64,000 bases of DNA from a virus. Location of the stretch: IMG/VR virus record IMGVR_UViG_3300010373_000001, positions 32,001 to 96,000 of that record. One strand, given 5' to 3'. This document shows, in pieces, positions 1 to 10,492 of the stretch. A model generated the notes under the pieces. It was not told the origin of the DNA. It ran no database searches and saw only the letters and a list, made by a program, of their open reading frames with translations. The position numbers and the translations under genes were made by a program. Within the stretch, counting starts at the first letter, position 1. The number at the start of each line of letters is the position of its first letter.

Positions 1-556
1 ATGACTGTCCCGCTGTTCCGTCTGAAACACCTATGATCTGCTGTGTAGTTGTGACTCCCTGCCTTACATCTACGGTTGCTGTTCCTCCTCCTGACGGTAC
101 GTCAAGATCAGCAAGTGTTTCGTAGATGACTGGGGAATCAGAGTTAAGCTGAAAGCTTGTGGAAAGCTGAGTACCGGCCGGGACAATAACATCTTCAATA
201 GTAGTAGCATCGGTCTGGAAAGTTACTGTACCTGTAGCGGGAGATCCCTGTGTTGGTATGTAACCTAGAAGCTGAGCGATATTAAGGATGCTTCTTCTCT
301 GCGTGGCTGTTGCAAGATATGATTCCTGAGTCAGCCTGTCACCGTAGAAGGAAAGGATGTCACCCAGATAGGCAACAAGCTCAACAAGCATGACACCGAA
401 GTCACCCTCGGAAGTTGTGTCCCATTCTGGCATGATGATTGATGCGTAGGTAAGCATCGAGTTAACGAAGCCTTCCCAGTCCTTTGACGTGTAATCAATA
501 GAAGAGGGAACCTGAAGTACCGGAAAGAACGCTAGGTTCGGTTGTGTTGTTGCCAT
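1..556 (-). CDS. Baseplate wedge / baseplate J-like protein (5' part, runs off window)
   Basis: Manual translation from ATG at 556 gives MATTQPN...IDYTSKDWEGF...EGDFGVMLVELVAYLGDILSFYGDR...ATATQRRSILNIAQLLGY, the typical baseplate-J/gp6 N-terminus; follows the gp25-like gene. Confidence 0.85.
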   Translation of the reverse strand, partial: MATTQPNLAFFPVLQVPSSIDYTSKDWEGFVNSMLTYASIIMPEWDTTSEGDFGVMLVELVAYLGDILSFYGDRLTQESYLATATQRRSILNIAQLLGYIPTQGSPATGTVTFQTDATTIEDVIVPAGTQLSTSFQLNSDSPVIYETLADLDVPSGGGTATVDVRQGVTTTQQIIGVSDGTAGQS

Positions 557-951
557 TATTCATTAACCACCGTGCCACCGACAAGAACGGTAGCTGTAAG
601 GACAGGAGTGAAAGCCTGATCAGCGGACTGAGTAAACTCGACATCAACATTGACGATGCCAACTTCTGCTTGCGACACGTCAGGAATGACATCAATTACG
701 TTAATGTTTGGTTCCCATCTAGCTAGTTGTCCTGAAATATCGTTCTTGATTTCTACAGTGGCAGTCTCAACTCCCGGACTGAAAAGATATGCCGGAAGGT
801 CTACACCGTAGTCACCGAGCATAACTCTTTCCCTAGGTGGAGTCTCAACAATAGACTCGACTCTCTGGAGAGCTATGCGATCAGGGTCAGTCGTAGTAGC
901 AATTGTGCCCTGAGGTGTCAGAGCGAATGGATTAAGAAAATTTCTGCCCAT
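556..951 (-). CDS. Baseplate wedge gp25/GPW-like protein
   Basis: T..RERVM..DYG..L..YLF and I...LARWEP motifs, 131 aa, position in baseplate module. Confidence 0.85.
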   Translation of the reverse strand: MGRNFLNPFALTPQGTIATTTDPDRIALQRVESIVETPPRERVMLGDYGVDLPAYLFSPGVETATVEIKNDISGQLARWEPNINVIDVIPDVSQAEVGIVNVDVEFTQSADQAFTPVLTATVLVGGTVVNE

Positions 952-954
952 GTT

Positions 955-1872
955 TTATGCCGTTGCTGGGATAGTATGATGGAAACTTATTTGTGTGACG
1001 TGCGAATTAACGTTGAGCAGCGAAAGATTTCCGCTTGTATCTATTTTAATGCACGGCTGATTGTAGTTAATGTTCGTTGTCTGAGCGCTTACTGACGAGC
1101 CGGAAACATTAACGTTGCCGTTGTTCAGGGTAAGAGCACCAGAGTTCAGTGTGATATTGGATGCTCCCGCGTTGTTGGAGAACTGCTGACCACCAGGACC
1201 GAACTGGAATGGCAGGGAACCTGAAGTAATCGTGAAGTTACCTGTAGGAATCTGAGTACCTGAGTCAACACTACCATGAATGTTGTTCAGTGTCCCGGTT
1301 GTGTCAGTAAGAGAACCTGATGTACTCGACGTAAATCCTGTCGTGACTGTGTTGGATACAGCAGCAGCACCAGTTACAGCAGTTGCCGGGAAGTAATGAA
1401 CGTGAGCAGGAGTGTTAGTAATCGTGGCAATGACTGTGTTATCTGTAGTCGTACCGCTCTGGATATTACCGATCACTTCTATATCACCAGAGGAAGTCAG
1501 CCTGAACTGTGCTGGTACAGCACCAGATACATTGCTCCATCCACCAGAGAGTGTCATCGTGTTAAACGGTGTGGTTGTGACAATTGGCGGGAAAGATGTG
1601 CCTGCCACATAGTATACCGGCCTGTTTATGTCCCCGCCAATAAATGCACAGGTAATATACTCACCGATGGCAGGTACGCCTTTGGTATGAGGGGGAGACA
1701 TTCTCTCTGCCCAGTTTGAGATGGCTGTACCTAGAACCTGAGGCACGCGCATTTCTATACGTGCTTGCCCTAAGGGATCTCTGTTGTTATAGCAGAGCGC
1801 TCCGTACACACCGAAAAGCCGGTGCTGTGGGTCAGCGCCAACTCTGTCGAGAATTCTTCCTGTGTTAGTCAT
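955..1872 (-). CDS. Baseplate central spike (gp5/gpV/VgrG OB-fold)
   Basis: N.DP....RI..RVPQV....SNWA...P..GE.....F.GGD..RPVY motif followed by a beta-rich C-terminus. Confidence 0.8.
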   Translation of the reverse strand: MTNTGRILDRVGADPQHRLFGVYGALCYNNRDPLGQARIEMRVPQVLGTAISNWAERMSPPHTKGVPAIGEYITCAFIGGDINRPVYYVAGTSFPPIVTTTPFNTMTLSGGWSNVSGAVPAQFRLTSSGDIEVIGNIQSGTTTDNTVIATITNTPAHVHYFPATAVTGAAAVSNTVTTGFTSSTSGSLTDTTGTLNNIHGSVDSGTQIPTGNFTITSGSLPFQFGPGGQQFSNNAGASNITLNSGALTLNNGNVNVSGSSVSAQTTNINYNQPCIKIDTSGNLSLLNVNSHVTQISFHHTIPATA

Positions 1873-3050
1873 CTTGTCACGCCGTCATAAATTACAGCCT
1901 GGTTTGCGCTCACCCATAGATTCTGCTGTAGTTTACAGGTTGTAAACTCCGGTGTTATTTTAGCCGCATTCTTGATTTTAGGGATAGTGCCACCAGTATT
2001 GCGAAGGATTTCCACGCGGGAGATATATCTGTCAGCCACAGAGTATGTTGTGTAAGAAGATTTAAGGACATGTGTTACTGCTCCTACAATCCAGTATCCT
2101 TGTGTGTCTACCGGCATCTGCAAACCCTGTAGCAGAATCATCTTGCCCGGATAGACCAGGGTAGTACCGAAAAGTTCTGCTGTAGCACTGATCCACCACT
2201 GAGACAGTCCTTGCCAGGCATTGATTCTCCTGTGCCCCTCGTTAAGAGAGGTTACATAGTGCTCAGAGGTAATCTCATCAAGGATAGGTGACTGATCTGG
2301 CATGGCCTTAACGTGGAAGATATTTCCTGTGTGTTTATCAAGACCATACAGTGAGCGCTGAGAGATAGTTGCTCCGGGAAGGTTACCGCCCTCATGCAAG
2401 CGGAATTCTCTCATAGTATCTTGCTTGGTGTAAAGCTTGTCCATCCTGTACTGAGGCACAGCTACCTTAGATGCTGAGTCAAGTACAGCGGCAGGATCTA
2501 TGTAGTACAGAGTACCACCGGAAACCCAGAAGCGGTAGCCTACCTTGTTGGCAATTCTTTTCAGGAAGCTGAAGTCAGACTCATTACCCTGAACTTCATA
2601 AGGCAGAACCCAGTCGCTCTTAGTCAGCACGGCTCTCATGCCGTACTCATGAGCAATCTTCTTAGCCAGGTAAGTTGGGGTAACTTCTCCCCATCTTCTG
2701 CTCTTGTCAGTATTCATCGGCTTTGATGTGCCTGTGCATACGTAAGTTATCTGCAAGGCTTTCGAGCCGGAATCGGCGTTGTCATCTACCTTGTGGTGAT
2801 TGACGTAGCCGTACCACGTAGCTATATTAGCAGGTCTTCTGCCCCAGACAATCTCGACAGGAGCATTGTCCTTCCACAGCTTCATGATGTTCAGGTCAGT
2901 CTTGTTCCTGAAGTACTCAATCCTGATGAAGAAAAGATCATGCTCTCCCCACGCCTGGCGTAGTTCTACGTCAAGCGGCTTGTCCTTGATCGGCACACCG
3001 TTAACCTTAATCGAGTAGATTACCGGCCCGACTGGTACTGCTTTTGCCAT
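1869..3050 (-). CDS. Baseplate hub (gp27/gpD-like)
   Basis: Q.NESDFSFLKRIA..GYRFWV motif; position. Confidence 0.75.
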   Translation of the reverse strand: MAKAVPVGPVIYSIKVNGVPIKDKPLDVELRQAWGEHDLFFIRIEYFRNKTDLNIMKLWKDNAPVEIVWGRRPANIATWYGYVNHHKVDDNADSGSKALQITYVCTGTSKPMNTDKSRRWGEVTPTYLAKKIAHEYGMRAVLTKSDWVLPYEVQGNESDFSFLKRIANKVGYRFWVSGGTLYYIDPAAVLDSASKVAVPQYRMDKLYTKQDTMREFRLHEGGNLPGATISQRSLYGLDKHTGNIFHVKAMPDQSPILDEITSEHYVTSLNEGHRRINAWQGLSQWWISATAELFGTTLVYPGKMILLQGLQMPVDTQGYWIVGAVTHVLKSSYTTYSVADRYISRVEILRNTGGTIPKIKNAAKITPEFTTCKLQQNLWVSANQAVIYDGVTR

Positions 3051-3322
3051 TAGATGTTAGGGATTCTGATAATAGTTCCTGCGGTCAGAACTGTCCAGTC
3101 CATGATTTCCGGATTGGCGTCAGCAATTCTCCACCATACCTTAGAGTCTCCGTAAAAAGCATGAGAGATCAGATCTACTCTGTCCAGTCCCTTGACCATG
3201 TAGTTAATGTAATTGAACGTATAGCTGGAAGGATCTCCGGGCACAATGACAATCCTGTCTCCCGTTTTTGTACTTACGGTAACAAGATCAGAGTCAGAGT
3301 ACCTTGACTCGTCAGATATCAT
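3050..3322 (-). CDS. LysM-like baseplate protein (gp53/tail X-like)
   Basis: YMVKGLDRVDLISHAFYGDSKVWWRIADANP...GTIIRIP. Confidence 0.8.
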   Translation of the reverse strand: MISDESRYSDSDLVTVSTKTGDRIVIVPGDPSSYTFNYINYMVKGLDRVDLISHAFYGDSKVWWRIADANPEIMDWTVLTAGTIIRIPNI

Positions 3323-4098
3323 CTGCCAGACCTTCCTGAGTTTGTAGTAGGGGGTGTTACGCCTGGATGAAGAACAGGACCACCACCGGGCCTAGGATTA
3401 GTGACAGGACCACTGCCGAATCCTTTACCTGGATCTGCTGTCTGTTCTTTCGGCGGAAGCATGGTGAAGGAAATATCCATAACACATCTCATGGGAATCA
3501 TCTTCTGGGTGAAGTGCGTAACAGTCACGTCCCACTCAGAAACATAACCAAAGTAAGCAAGTACCGCACCATCACCGAAATAAACGTAAGCCGGGATAAG
3601 CTGCATGATTCCCTGATGTCCAGCAAAACTTGATGAACTGATAGTGTTGGTTACTTTACCACTGGTTGTGTATCCCATAGTCATGCCAGTGAACTGCTGC
3701 ATTGCAAAGATGTCAGCCATCACGCCAACTACTGAAGGATCGCTAGTGCTGCTCCCATTCTTAGCTGTTCCGTTAGCTGTGTACGATCCCCACAGTTCAT
3801 AGGTTCTATCGTAGAGCAGTGACCATGATACAGTCTGGCTCAGCGGAACCCTTAGGTCTGATGTATCTCCCGGCACGGGGAACTGCAATGTTGCCCCGAA
3901 GTTTTGGTTGATAGAGTAGCTTGCCTCTACTGTTGCCGGATTATACAGGAAGTTAACTCTAGCCTTGCCGCCGAGATTAGGATTAGATGATTCCCAGACC
4001 ATCGTGCCTCTCTTGAGCTTGCCAAACTCTCTTCCCTCAAGAGGGAACTGAAGAGTCTTGATCCTGTCATCAAAATCCGGCTGAATATAAACCGTCAT
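3319..4098 (-). CDS. Tail tube initiator-like protein
   Basis: FLYNP, L.YDRT and V..THFT..MIPMRC motifs; directly after tape measure. Confidence 0.6.
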   Translation of the reverse strand: MTVYIQPDFDDRIKTLQFPLEGREFGKLKRGTMVWESSNPNLGGKARVNFLYNPATVEASYSINQNFGATLQFPVPGDTSDLRVPLSQTVSWSLLYDRTYELWGSYTANGTAKNGSSTSDPSVVGVMADIFAMQQFTGMTMGYTTSGKVTNTISSSSFAGHQGIMQLIPAYVYFGDGAVLAYFGYVSEWDVTVTHFTQKMIPMRCVMDISFTMLPPKEQTADPGKGFGSGPVTNPRPGGGPVLHPGVTPPTTNSGRSGR

Positions 4099-7000
4099 AG
4101 CTTCCTGCCTGTACCGATTGACTTCAGCACATCTTCTGACGACAGATGCCTGACAATCTGGTCAGCTATCATGCGACCCGACTTGGATGCATCAAACTCG
4201 CCACCATGATCAACGTTAACAACGATAGCACTTGCCCCAAAGTTAAGGTGGATATTCATTCCTCTTGAACTGAACTTATCGTGAACGATATCTCTTTCGC
4301 CCGGTATTCTCCACGGGTTCTGTGCGGGCAGTGCGTGCTGCCCCTTAAGAAGATGCATAGTATCCGCATTGCTTCTTACCTGAGCGTCCTTGCCAAAGTT
4401 AACTAGCTCGGGTCCACGGTCACCTACAACTCCCCAGCTACCGGCTTTAGGATCTCCACCACCTGAGTACCAGTTGTGTGCTAGATGGAATGCTTTAGCA
4501 CCAGAAGGTGTCTTGTACCTTCCAGCTACATAGTTAAGCATCCATAGTTCCTGAGTCTTAGGGTCAGCATTGCCGCCCATTGAAACAGGTCGTCCAGCTT
4601 GCGGATACTTAGAAGCAGGGAGAGCCTGGGCAATTCCGAAAGCACCAGATGATCCTGGTCCCGGATTCATTCCGGTAGAACCACCTTCCCAAACCAGATT
4701 GTTATAACCTGATTCAGCCATAACAAGCCAGTCCAGTGCATCCCATTGAGGACCACTGCCCCAGCCATATGCACCAGCAAGCTTCTTCATCAGCGTTTTG
4801 TTCTGACCTATAGTGCCGCCGCCAATGATACCGCCTGTCGGACTGTGACCAGTCCGACCGCGATTTTTTCTGTTACCGCCAGCAGATAGGGGACTAGCTG
4901 AGCCCATTAGCTGAGCCGCAGCACCACCACCTCCACCAGCACCAGCTAGCGCGGCAAGTTCACCGATATTACTTGCGGCCCCAGCTTCACTGAAGTTGAT
5001 ACCCGAAGATGCTGCACCACCTATAGATGATCCTGAGTCACCAGTGTTACCAGTAATAGTATTACCTGGGCCACCGCCTATAGGCTGAGACATACCACCG
5101 CCGAGGCCACCTTTAACTCTGGCAGCGTGTGCCCATTCACCGGGATTGTATCCACGGATTGTTACATCAGCACCAGTATGAGGAGCTTCGATGATCTGCC
5201 TGTTGTTAATCATCATGGCTTCGTGGCCAGGATTGTTGGGTGTACCGAATGAGCCAGCGGCAAACAGAATGTCACCAGCCTGAACAGAATTTCTTGCTAC
5301 CGCTCTCTTGCTAAGGAACTGCCACTGCTCTTCAGATGTTCTGGGTAGCCTGACACCAGCCTGAGCATAAGCGTACTCAATAAGACCAGAGCAATCGAAA
5401 CCTGTCTGCGGAGAATCCCCGCCCCATACATAAGGTGTACCTACAAATTGCTCAGCAATCTTAACAGCATTCAGTGCGGAAGCAGATGCCCCGCCTGTAG
5501 CTGATCCCTTATTGCCTTGCTTCTGGCTGGACTGTGGCACTGAACCACCAGCACCACCAGAACGGTTAGGCTGCATGTTACCAAATCTTGCATTGAAAGC
5601 AGCTTGACCACCGCCCCCACCACTGAAGAGGCCACCTATATCATGTAGTAATGTGCCCCAGCTATTCCATGCGGAATTAGGTCCACCTGGACCTTGCTGA
5701 AGCATTGTGGTCCCGTTCTTATTGTGCATAGAGTTAAGACCAAGAAGAAGGGCACCGACCCCAGCAGTACCTACGGCACCACCTAAAGTCAATCCTCCAA
5801 GTCCAAGCTTAGCCAGCATACCGCCTTCTGCTGCGCCTGTTCCGCCAGCTACCAATGAACTAGCAGCACCACCTGTCAGCATTCTTCTCATGATAAGACC
5901 CTGAACCATGCCACCGCCAATTGTGTTGGCTAGATGACTGGCAGCACCTCCACCCAGAGAACCAGCAAATCCCCCGGCGAATCCACCTGGGCCTGACAAT
6001 CCCATTGTGTTCATCAGGCTTGTCAAAGCTGAGTTGAATGACTCAAGAGTTCCTGTAGCGGCAGTCAATCCGGCATTAAAACCGTTAGCTATATCAGCTT
6101 GCCTTGAAGTTCCGATAGCCTGGTTGTTCTTGATCTTCTGAATGTCTGTAGTAGACACACCAAGGTCAGACAGTCTTTGCTGGGCAGCTTTCATGCTACC
6201 GACTGTTCCTTGAGAAGCCTGATTGATAAGAGACTGAGCCTGATTAGTATTCAGTCCGCGCTGGAAAAGCTGGTTGTATGCCTGAAGGAAAGGTGTCATC
6301 TGTGTTGGGTTCAGACCAAGAGCCTGAATAGATGCGTTAGCCCTTCCTCCCATTCCCAGTCCTTTATCAAGGGCCGATGATGAAACAGATCTTCTGCCAC
6401 CATACAATCCCTGAATAAGAGACTGAGCAATCATAGCTGAGGATGCGGGAGGCCCGCCACCCAATCCCCTAGGTGTTACGGGGAAACCCATAGCCATCAT
6501 TCTCTGGCTAAGGGTTGGGCTGTAAAGCTGCTGAGCTAGTGCTGATGACTGCTGCATTGACAGCATAGGATTAGAAATCCCGAATGCTGCTGTAGCGCCA
6601 AAACCTGCACGTCCAAGCGAAGTAGACATGAAGCTAGGGCTTCCGCCTAGATACTGCAATTGCTGAGCACCAGCTATAGCATCAAGCGGACTGGCAGCAA
6701 GAGCGTTAAGGTTAGTGTTGTTAACACCGAATGCCTGACGGAAACTCATAGACTGTGCGGCCTGATAGCCGTTGCCTATGTTCATTCCCAGTCTGGACAT
6801 ACTAGCGTAAGCATTCATGCCAAGCTGAGTACGCATCATAGAGCTTCCCATGCGGGAAAATGCTCCGTAAACTACTGAACCTGTACCACCTGAAGGAAGA
6901 GGATTCATACCTCCACCGCCGCCAGTGGTAGCACTTAGCATACCGAATGTCATAGGCGGTCTTACATTACCTGCACCACCAGGACCACCGCCACCTATTC

Positions 7001-7271
7001 CTGGCGGGATATTCTGCAATGCGAAAGGATTATACGGTCTTGCAAAACCCTGAGTCATACCGCCTTGCTGCTGTGCGGTAGGCAAGCTGCCGCCACCAAT
7101 CCCGCCGCTAAGATTCAGTCTTCCTATTGCATCAGTCAGTTTAGTAACAGACTGGTTAAGGGTATCTACTGATTCTTGCAGGTGATTGGCACCAGCGCCA
7201 TTAAAGAGAGTGCCACTAGCACCACCGAGGTTTCCCTCTGGTACTGGCCATCCCCCTTCATCAGTTGCCAT
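4095..7271 (-). CDS. Tape measure protein with NlpC/P60 and lytic transglycosylase domains
   Basis: 1058 aa, Gly/Ala-rich; GTPYVWGG...GFDCSGL...H (NlpC/P60); ESG...SGAFGIAQALP...Y..GRY (SLT-like); VGDRGPELV. Confidence 0.85.
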   Translation of the reverse strand: MATDEGGWPVPEGNLGGASGTLFNGAGANHLQESVDTLNQSVTKLTDAIGRLNLSGGIGGGSLPTAQQQGGMTQGFARPYNPFALQNIPPGIGGGGPGGAGNVRPPMTFGMLSATTGGGGGMNPLPSGGTGSVVYGAFSRMGSSMMRTQLGMNAYASMSRLGMNIGNGYQAAQSMSFRQAFGVNNTNLNALAASPLDAIAGAQQLQYLGGSPSFMSTSLGRAGFGATAAFGISNPMLSMQQSSALAQQLYSPTLSQRMMAMGFPVTPRGLGGGPPASSAMIAQSLIQGLYGGRRSVSSSALDKGLGMGGRANASIQALGLNPTQMTPFLQAYNQLFQRGLNTNQAQSLINQASQGTVGSMKAAQQRLSDLGVSTTDIQKIKNNQAIGTSRQADIANGFNAGLTAATGTLESFNSALTSLMNTMGLSGPGGFAGGFAGSLGGGAASHLANTIGGGMVQGLIMRRMLTGGAASSLVAGGTGAAEGGMLAKLGLGGLTLGGAVGTAGVGALLLGLNSMHNKNGTTMLQQGPGGPNSAWNSWGTLLHDIGGLFSGGGGGQAAFNARFGNMQPNRSGGAGGSVPQSSQKQGNKGSATGGASASALNAVKIAEQFVGTPYVWGGDSPQTGFDCSGLIEYAYAQAGVRLPRTSEEQWQFLSKRAVARNSVQAGDILFAAGSFGTPNNPGHEAMMINNRQIIEAPHTGADVTIRGYNPGEWAHAARVKGGLGGGMSQPIGGGPGNTITGNTGDSGSSIGGAASSGINFSEAGAASNIGELAALAGAGGGGGAAAQLMGSASPLSAGGNRKNRGRTGHSPTGGIIGGGTIGQNKTLMKKLAGAYGWGSGPQWDALDWLVMAESGYNNLVWEGGSTGMNPGPGSSGAFGIAQALPASKYPQAGRPVSMGGNADPKTQELWMLNYVAGRYKTPSGAKAFHLAHNWYSGGGDPKAGSWGVVGDRGPELVNFGKDAQVRSNADTMHLLKGQHALPAQNPWRIPGERDIVHDKFSSRGMNIHLNFGASAIVVNVDHGGEFDASKSGRMIADQIVRHLSSEDVLKSIGTGRKL

Positions 7272-7470
7272 TCGACTGTCTTTCTGCTTTGACTTTAGCT
7301 TTCTTGTACCAGTATTTTCTCTCTCTGACAGAGAGGTTCTTTATACTTTCCAGACCGAGGAAAGGGAACTGATCGAAAATGTTCTCTATCTCTGTGTATG
7401 TCTGGTAGTAGTTCAGACCTTTTTCCCCATCAGATGTGGAGAAACAAATTACCCAGTCCCACGGCGACAT
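7261..7470 (-). CDS. Small tail/baseplate assembly chaperone (T4 gp51-like); start uncertain
   Basis: EIENI...LESIKNLSVRERKYW; lies between chaperone and tape measure. Confidence 0.5.
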   Translation of the reverse strand: MSPWDWVICFSTSDGEKGLNYYQTYTEIENIFDQFPFLGLESIKNLSVRERKYWYKKAKVKAERQSNGN

Positions 7471-8335
7471 TCACATCCTCGCCGCAGGCAGCACACTTAT
7501 GCTTAATCTGGTCGTACTTAGGGCCAGGCTGACCATCACTAAGAGCGTCAAGGATCTTGTGCCTGTCCACCATTCCCATTGTCCTGATCATTGAGGGGAA
7601 CGCTGCGATAGTATGAACTGTCCCGGATGAATCCGTGATAGCCTCTACACATTTCTCCAGCAAAACTGACTGACGTTCTGCCATCGTAAGTTCTGAATCT
7701 TCGTAGACAGTAATCTGGTCATTGCCGCTGGCTAGTCTTACGTGGGCAGTCCTTCCCTTGCGCAATTCGATATCAAACTCAATCTTGTTAGCCGGATCGT
7801 CCAGCTTGACAGACGGAATGTCATCGATCGTAAAGGTAAGCTTTGCTTTTACCCCGCAGCTAGGACAGTTCCAGGGATCAATCTCAATATCCTCACCGTA
7901 AGTAGACTTACGGATTCCAAGGATAAGCTGTTCCCTGTCACCGATAAGAAGTTCACCTAGCAGCTTCTCAGTGAGACTGACTGGATACTCACCGATTCTG
8001 AGAACGCCCAGCTTAAGAAGCCTGTCAACAAAATGAAACTGGTTAAGAGACTGTGCGGCCCTGGAAAGAGCTTCCTCGTCTGAGCCGTTTAGTTCCTTAA
8101 CTAGTACAGTCCTGGTTACCTTACCATCTTTCAGCAGACCTCCCGGCAGATTCACAAGGTCATCTGCCGGGAGGGTTATAACCGGGATCTCTGCTGTACT
8201 GGCTTCAGTTATTAGTGCGGCAATTTCTGCATTAGCCTTGTCTGGATCTTTCATAGGATCAATCCAGTCGGCTGGTGGATCGGATACGATAACCGGGTCA
8301 GACTTAACTGCTTTGGTTCTCGTTCTTGTCTCCAT
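7430..8335 (-). CDS. Tail/baseplate hub assembly chaperone (T4 gp26-like)
   Basis: EL.G.DEE, LLIGDR..L.L.IR..TYG, two CxxC motifs. Confidence 0.7.
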   Translation of the reverse strand: METRTRTKAVKSDPVIVSDPPADWIDPMKDPDKANAEIAALITEASTAEIPVITLPADDLVNLPGGLLKDGKVTRTVLVKELNGSDEEALSRAAQSLNQFHFVDRLLKLGVLRIGEYPVSLTEKLLGELLIGDREQLILGIRKSTYGEDIEIDPWNCPSCGVKAKLTFTIDDIPSVKLDDPANKIEFDIELRKGRTAHVRLASGNDQITVYEDSELTMAERQSVLLEKCVEAITDSSGTVHTIAAFPSMIRTMGMVDRHKILDALSDGQPGPKYDQIKHKCAACGEDVNVAVGLGNLFLHI

Positions 8336-8359
8336 TTATTTCTCCGTATGTTAGTTTAA

Positions 8360-8929
8360 TCAGATGCTATTTCCAGTTGGAGGAGGAGCATCAACATTAC
8401 CGATAGCCTTGGCAACCGTGTAGTCAAAACCTTCATGAGCCAGAACTAGCTGGCTGATGAATAGCTGGTTAGCACCAGCGTCAAGGTCTGACCAGGCTAC
8501 TGAAGTAGGCCATGCATTATAAATTCTGAACTGTGCTTTTACCGGCACAGAAGCGGCTGTAACGGGATGGTCTAGGATCTGCACGTCAATGGTACGACGG
8601 AAGTCCTGACCTGCCTGCTGAGTACCAGAACCCTGCATAACTGTGAATAGCTGAGCCATCCACGCAATACTCTGATCAGTACCCACAGCTACACCCTTTG
8701 ACAGAGTGATTGGCGAGAAGTCTGCCTGACCGGGCATTTTCTGAGTAGTCGTGTTGTAGCCACCCTCACGGTAGGCGATAACATCGACAGTAATGTTCAG
8801 ACCTGAGACTGACATGAAACCAATGTTGATAGCCTTGCCATTCGGCGGGCTGATAGACACAAGGAACTTGAAGTTACGCAGAGGGTCTGTGCTTAGGTGA
8901 GCAATAGATGATTGCTGCTGTACGGCCAC
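8360..8929 (-). CDS. Tail tube protein (T4 gp19-like)
   Basis: DPLRNFKFLV, GF..VSGL, YREGG, ITLSKG, NAWP, L.HEG. Confidence 0.9.
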   Translation of the reverse strand: MAVQQQSSIAHLSTDPLRNFKFLVSISPPNGKAINIGFMSVSGLNITVDVIAYREGGYNTTTQKMPGQADFSPITLSKGVAVGTDQSIAWMAQLFTVMQGSGTQQAGQDFRRTIDVQILDHPVTAASVPVKAQFRIYNAWPTSVAWSDLDAGANQLFISQLVLAHEGFDYTVAKAIGNVDAPPPTGNSI

Positions 8930-8938
8930 GTCAACCTC

Positions 8939-10492
8939 TCACGCTGTAGTAGTTGTGGTAGTAGTTCCGGTGTTCTGGAACTGGCTAATGGTGATCAGGA
9001 TGAATTCCGCAGGGCTTAGCAATGACACAGCAACTTGGCAATTAACGATACCGGCCTGCGCTGTAGCAGGAGTGTTGTTTGTGTCGTCGCAGATAACTGC
9101 GAAAGAATCAGCCGGAGTTGAACCACCGAATACACCAGCCTGTAGCTGCTGAGTCAGATAGTTCGTGATCACAAGAGTAATCTGCTTCCATAGTGCAGGG
9201 TTGTTTGGCTCGAATAGAGCAAACTGAAGCAGGAAGGTAAGGTCATGCTCAAGCTTGATAAGCTCGCGCCTTACCGCAACGTATCTGTCAGGGTAGCCCT
9301 GTTCCAGAGTACGGGCACCCATGATAGCCGGGAAATATCCTGGCACGAATCTTAGGGCATTAATGTTGTTCGCATTCAGAGTGTCAAGGTCATCGTTAGT
9401 GAACCTTGCTTCGAAGTCGATAACGTTAATAGCACCAAAAGATACACCAGCGGGTGACTGATGCGGACCCTTAGCTGCGTCTGTTCTTGACCAGATTCCC
9501 AGCACGGAACCACCAGGCGGAAGCCATACGGTAGCACCAGGCAGTGAGGAAGCCGGGTCAGATACAAGAATGAATGGTGCGTAGATCGTTGCGTAGGTAG
9601 AAGCGGTGATAGAAGATCCACCAGTTACCATGTTCAGGTATCTCTGAACAACGTCAGCACTTGTCTCAGGCGGGTTAGGTACAGGACCATCAATAACAAG
9701 CATGATGTCCCCGCGTCCCTCAGCCCATGCAATAAGATCATTCAGGATTGTTACGTCAGTAAGACCAGGAATGTTAAGGTTAAGCGCCTGACCCTGAAGA
9801 GTGTCGAAAGCAACGGGGATAAGAGTTGCGATACTTGGTGAGGTTACACCATCTGATCCACCAGCAAGAGGGGTAGCTGAGATCAGTGCCGGGTCATTAA
9901 CGCCCGGCTGGTATGAACCAGAAATAGTAGGAACAACCTTGACGAACTTGGAACCTGAAACGTTAGAGTTAACGATTGATACCACATTACGGTTGTCGGC
10001 CGGGTTAATGCTCAGGTCAATGAATCTCTCGACCAGATTAACCGGGGCTGTACCGTTGTAGTAGATGTCAACGTTGAAACGTCCCGCGTTTCCAGCGGTA
10101 GTAATAGCAACGTAAACGTTGTTAGCCCACGCTCCGGGTGAATAAGCATTAACCGTCAGCACATTATCTGGCGGGCTATTCACATCCTGAAGGTTCAGTG
10201 ATGCACTGGTGGCATCAGAGTTAGGGATTCTCAGCACGAAGCAGCCGGTTCCGCCGTTAAGGAAGAACTCATACACAGCATAGTGCAGCGGACTGCCATT
10301 AGCTGTAGCAAAGCCTCCGTAAAGCTTAACGAACTGGCTCCATGACTTTACAAAAGTAGGAACAGTTGGACCCTGATTGAATACTGCCGCAAATGCACCG
10401 ACAGCTTCTCCGGGAATAAAGCCGTTCCCAGTCAGGGGCTCAAGAATTTCCTTGATGAAAATTCCTGGGCGACCTGTAGTTGGTGTAGACAT
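8939..10492 (-). CDS. Contractile tail sheath protein
   Basis: RPGIFI.E, FF.NGG, SPGAWAN, SPAG, GARTL, FALFEPN, PAEFI. Confidence 0.95.
   Translation of the reverse strand: MSTPTTGRPGIFIKEILEPLTGNGFIPGEAVGAFAAVFNQGPTVPTFVKSWSQFVKLYGGFATANGSPLHYAVYEFFLNGGTGCFVLRIPNSDATSASLNLQDVNSPPDNVLTVNAYSPGAWANNVYVAITTAGNAGRFNVDIYYNGTAPVNLVERFIDLSINPADNRNVVSIVNSNVSGSKFVKVVPTISGSYQPGVNDPALISATPLAGGSDGVTSPSIATLIPVAFDTLQGQALNLNIPGLTDVTILNDLIAWAEGRGDIMLVIDGPVPNPPETSADVVQRYLNMVTGGSSITASTYATIYAPFILVSDPASSLPGATVWLPPGGSVLGIWSRTDAAKGPHQSPAGVSFGAINVIDFEARFTNDDLDTLNANNINALRFVPGYFPAIMGARTLEQGYPDRYVAVRRELIKLEHDLTFLLQFALFEPNNPALWKQITLVITNYLTQQLQAGVFGGSTPADSFAVICDDTNNTPATAQAGIVNCQVAVSLLSPAEFILITISQFQNTGTTTTTTTA

Noticed and set aside
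7420-7428. GGGGAAAAA slippery sequence near the tail chaperone
   Set aside because: It lies after the upstream stop codon, so it cannot fuse the ORFs.
1-10492. Extracellular contractile injection system or tailocin
   Set aside because: Capsid, scaffold, portal and terminase are in the same module, so this is a phage.
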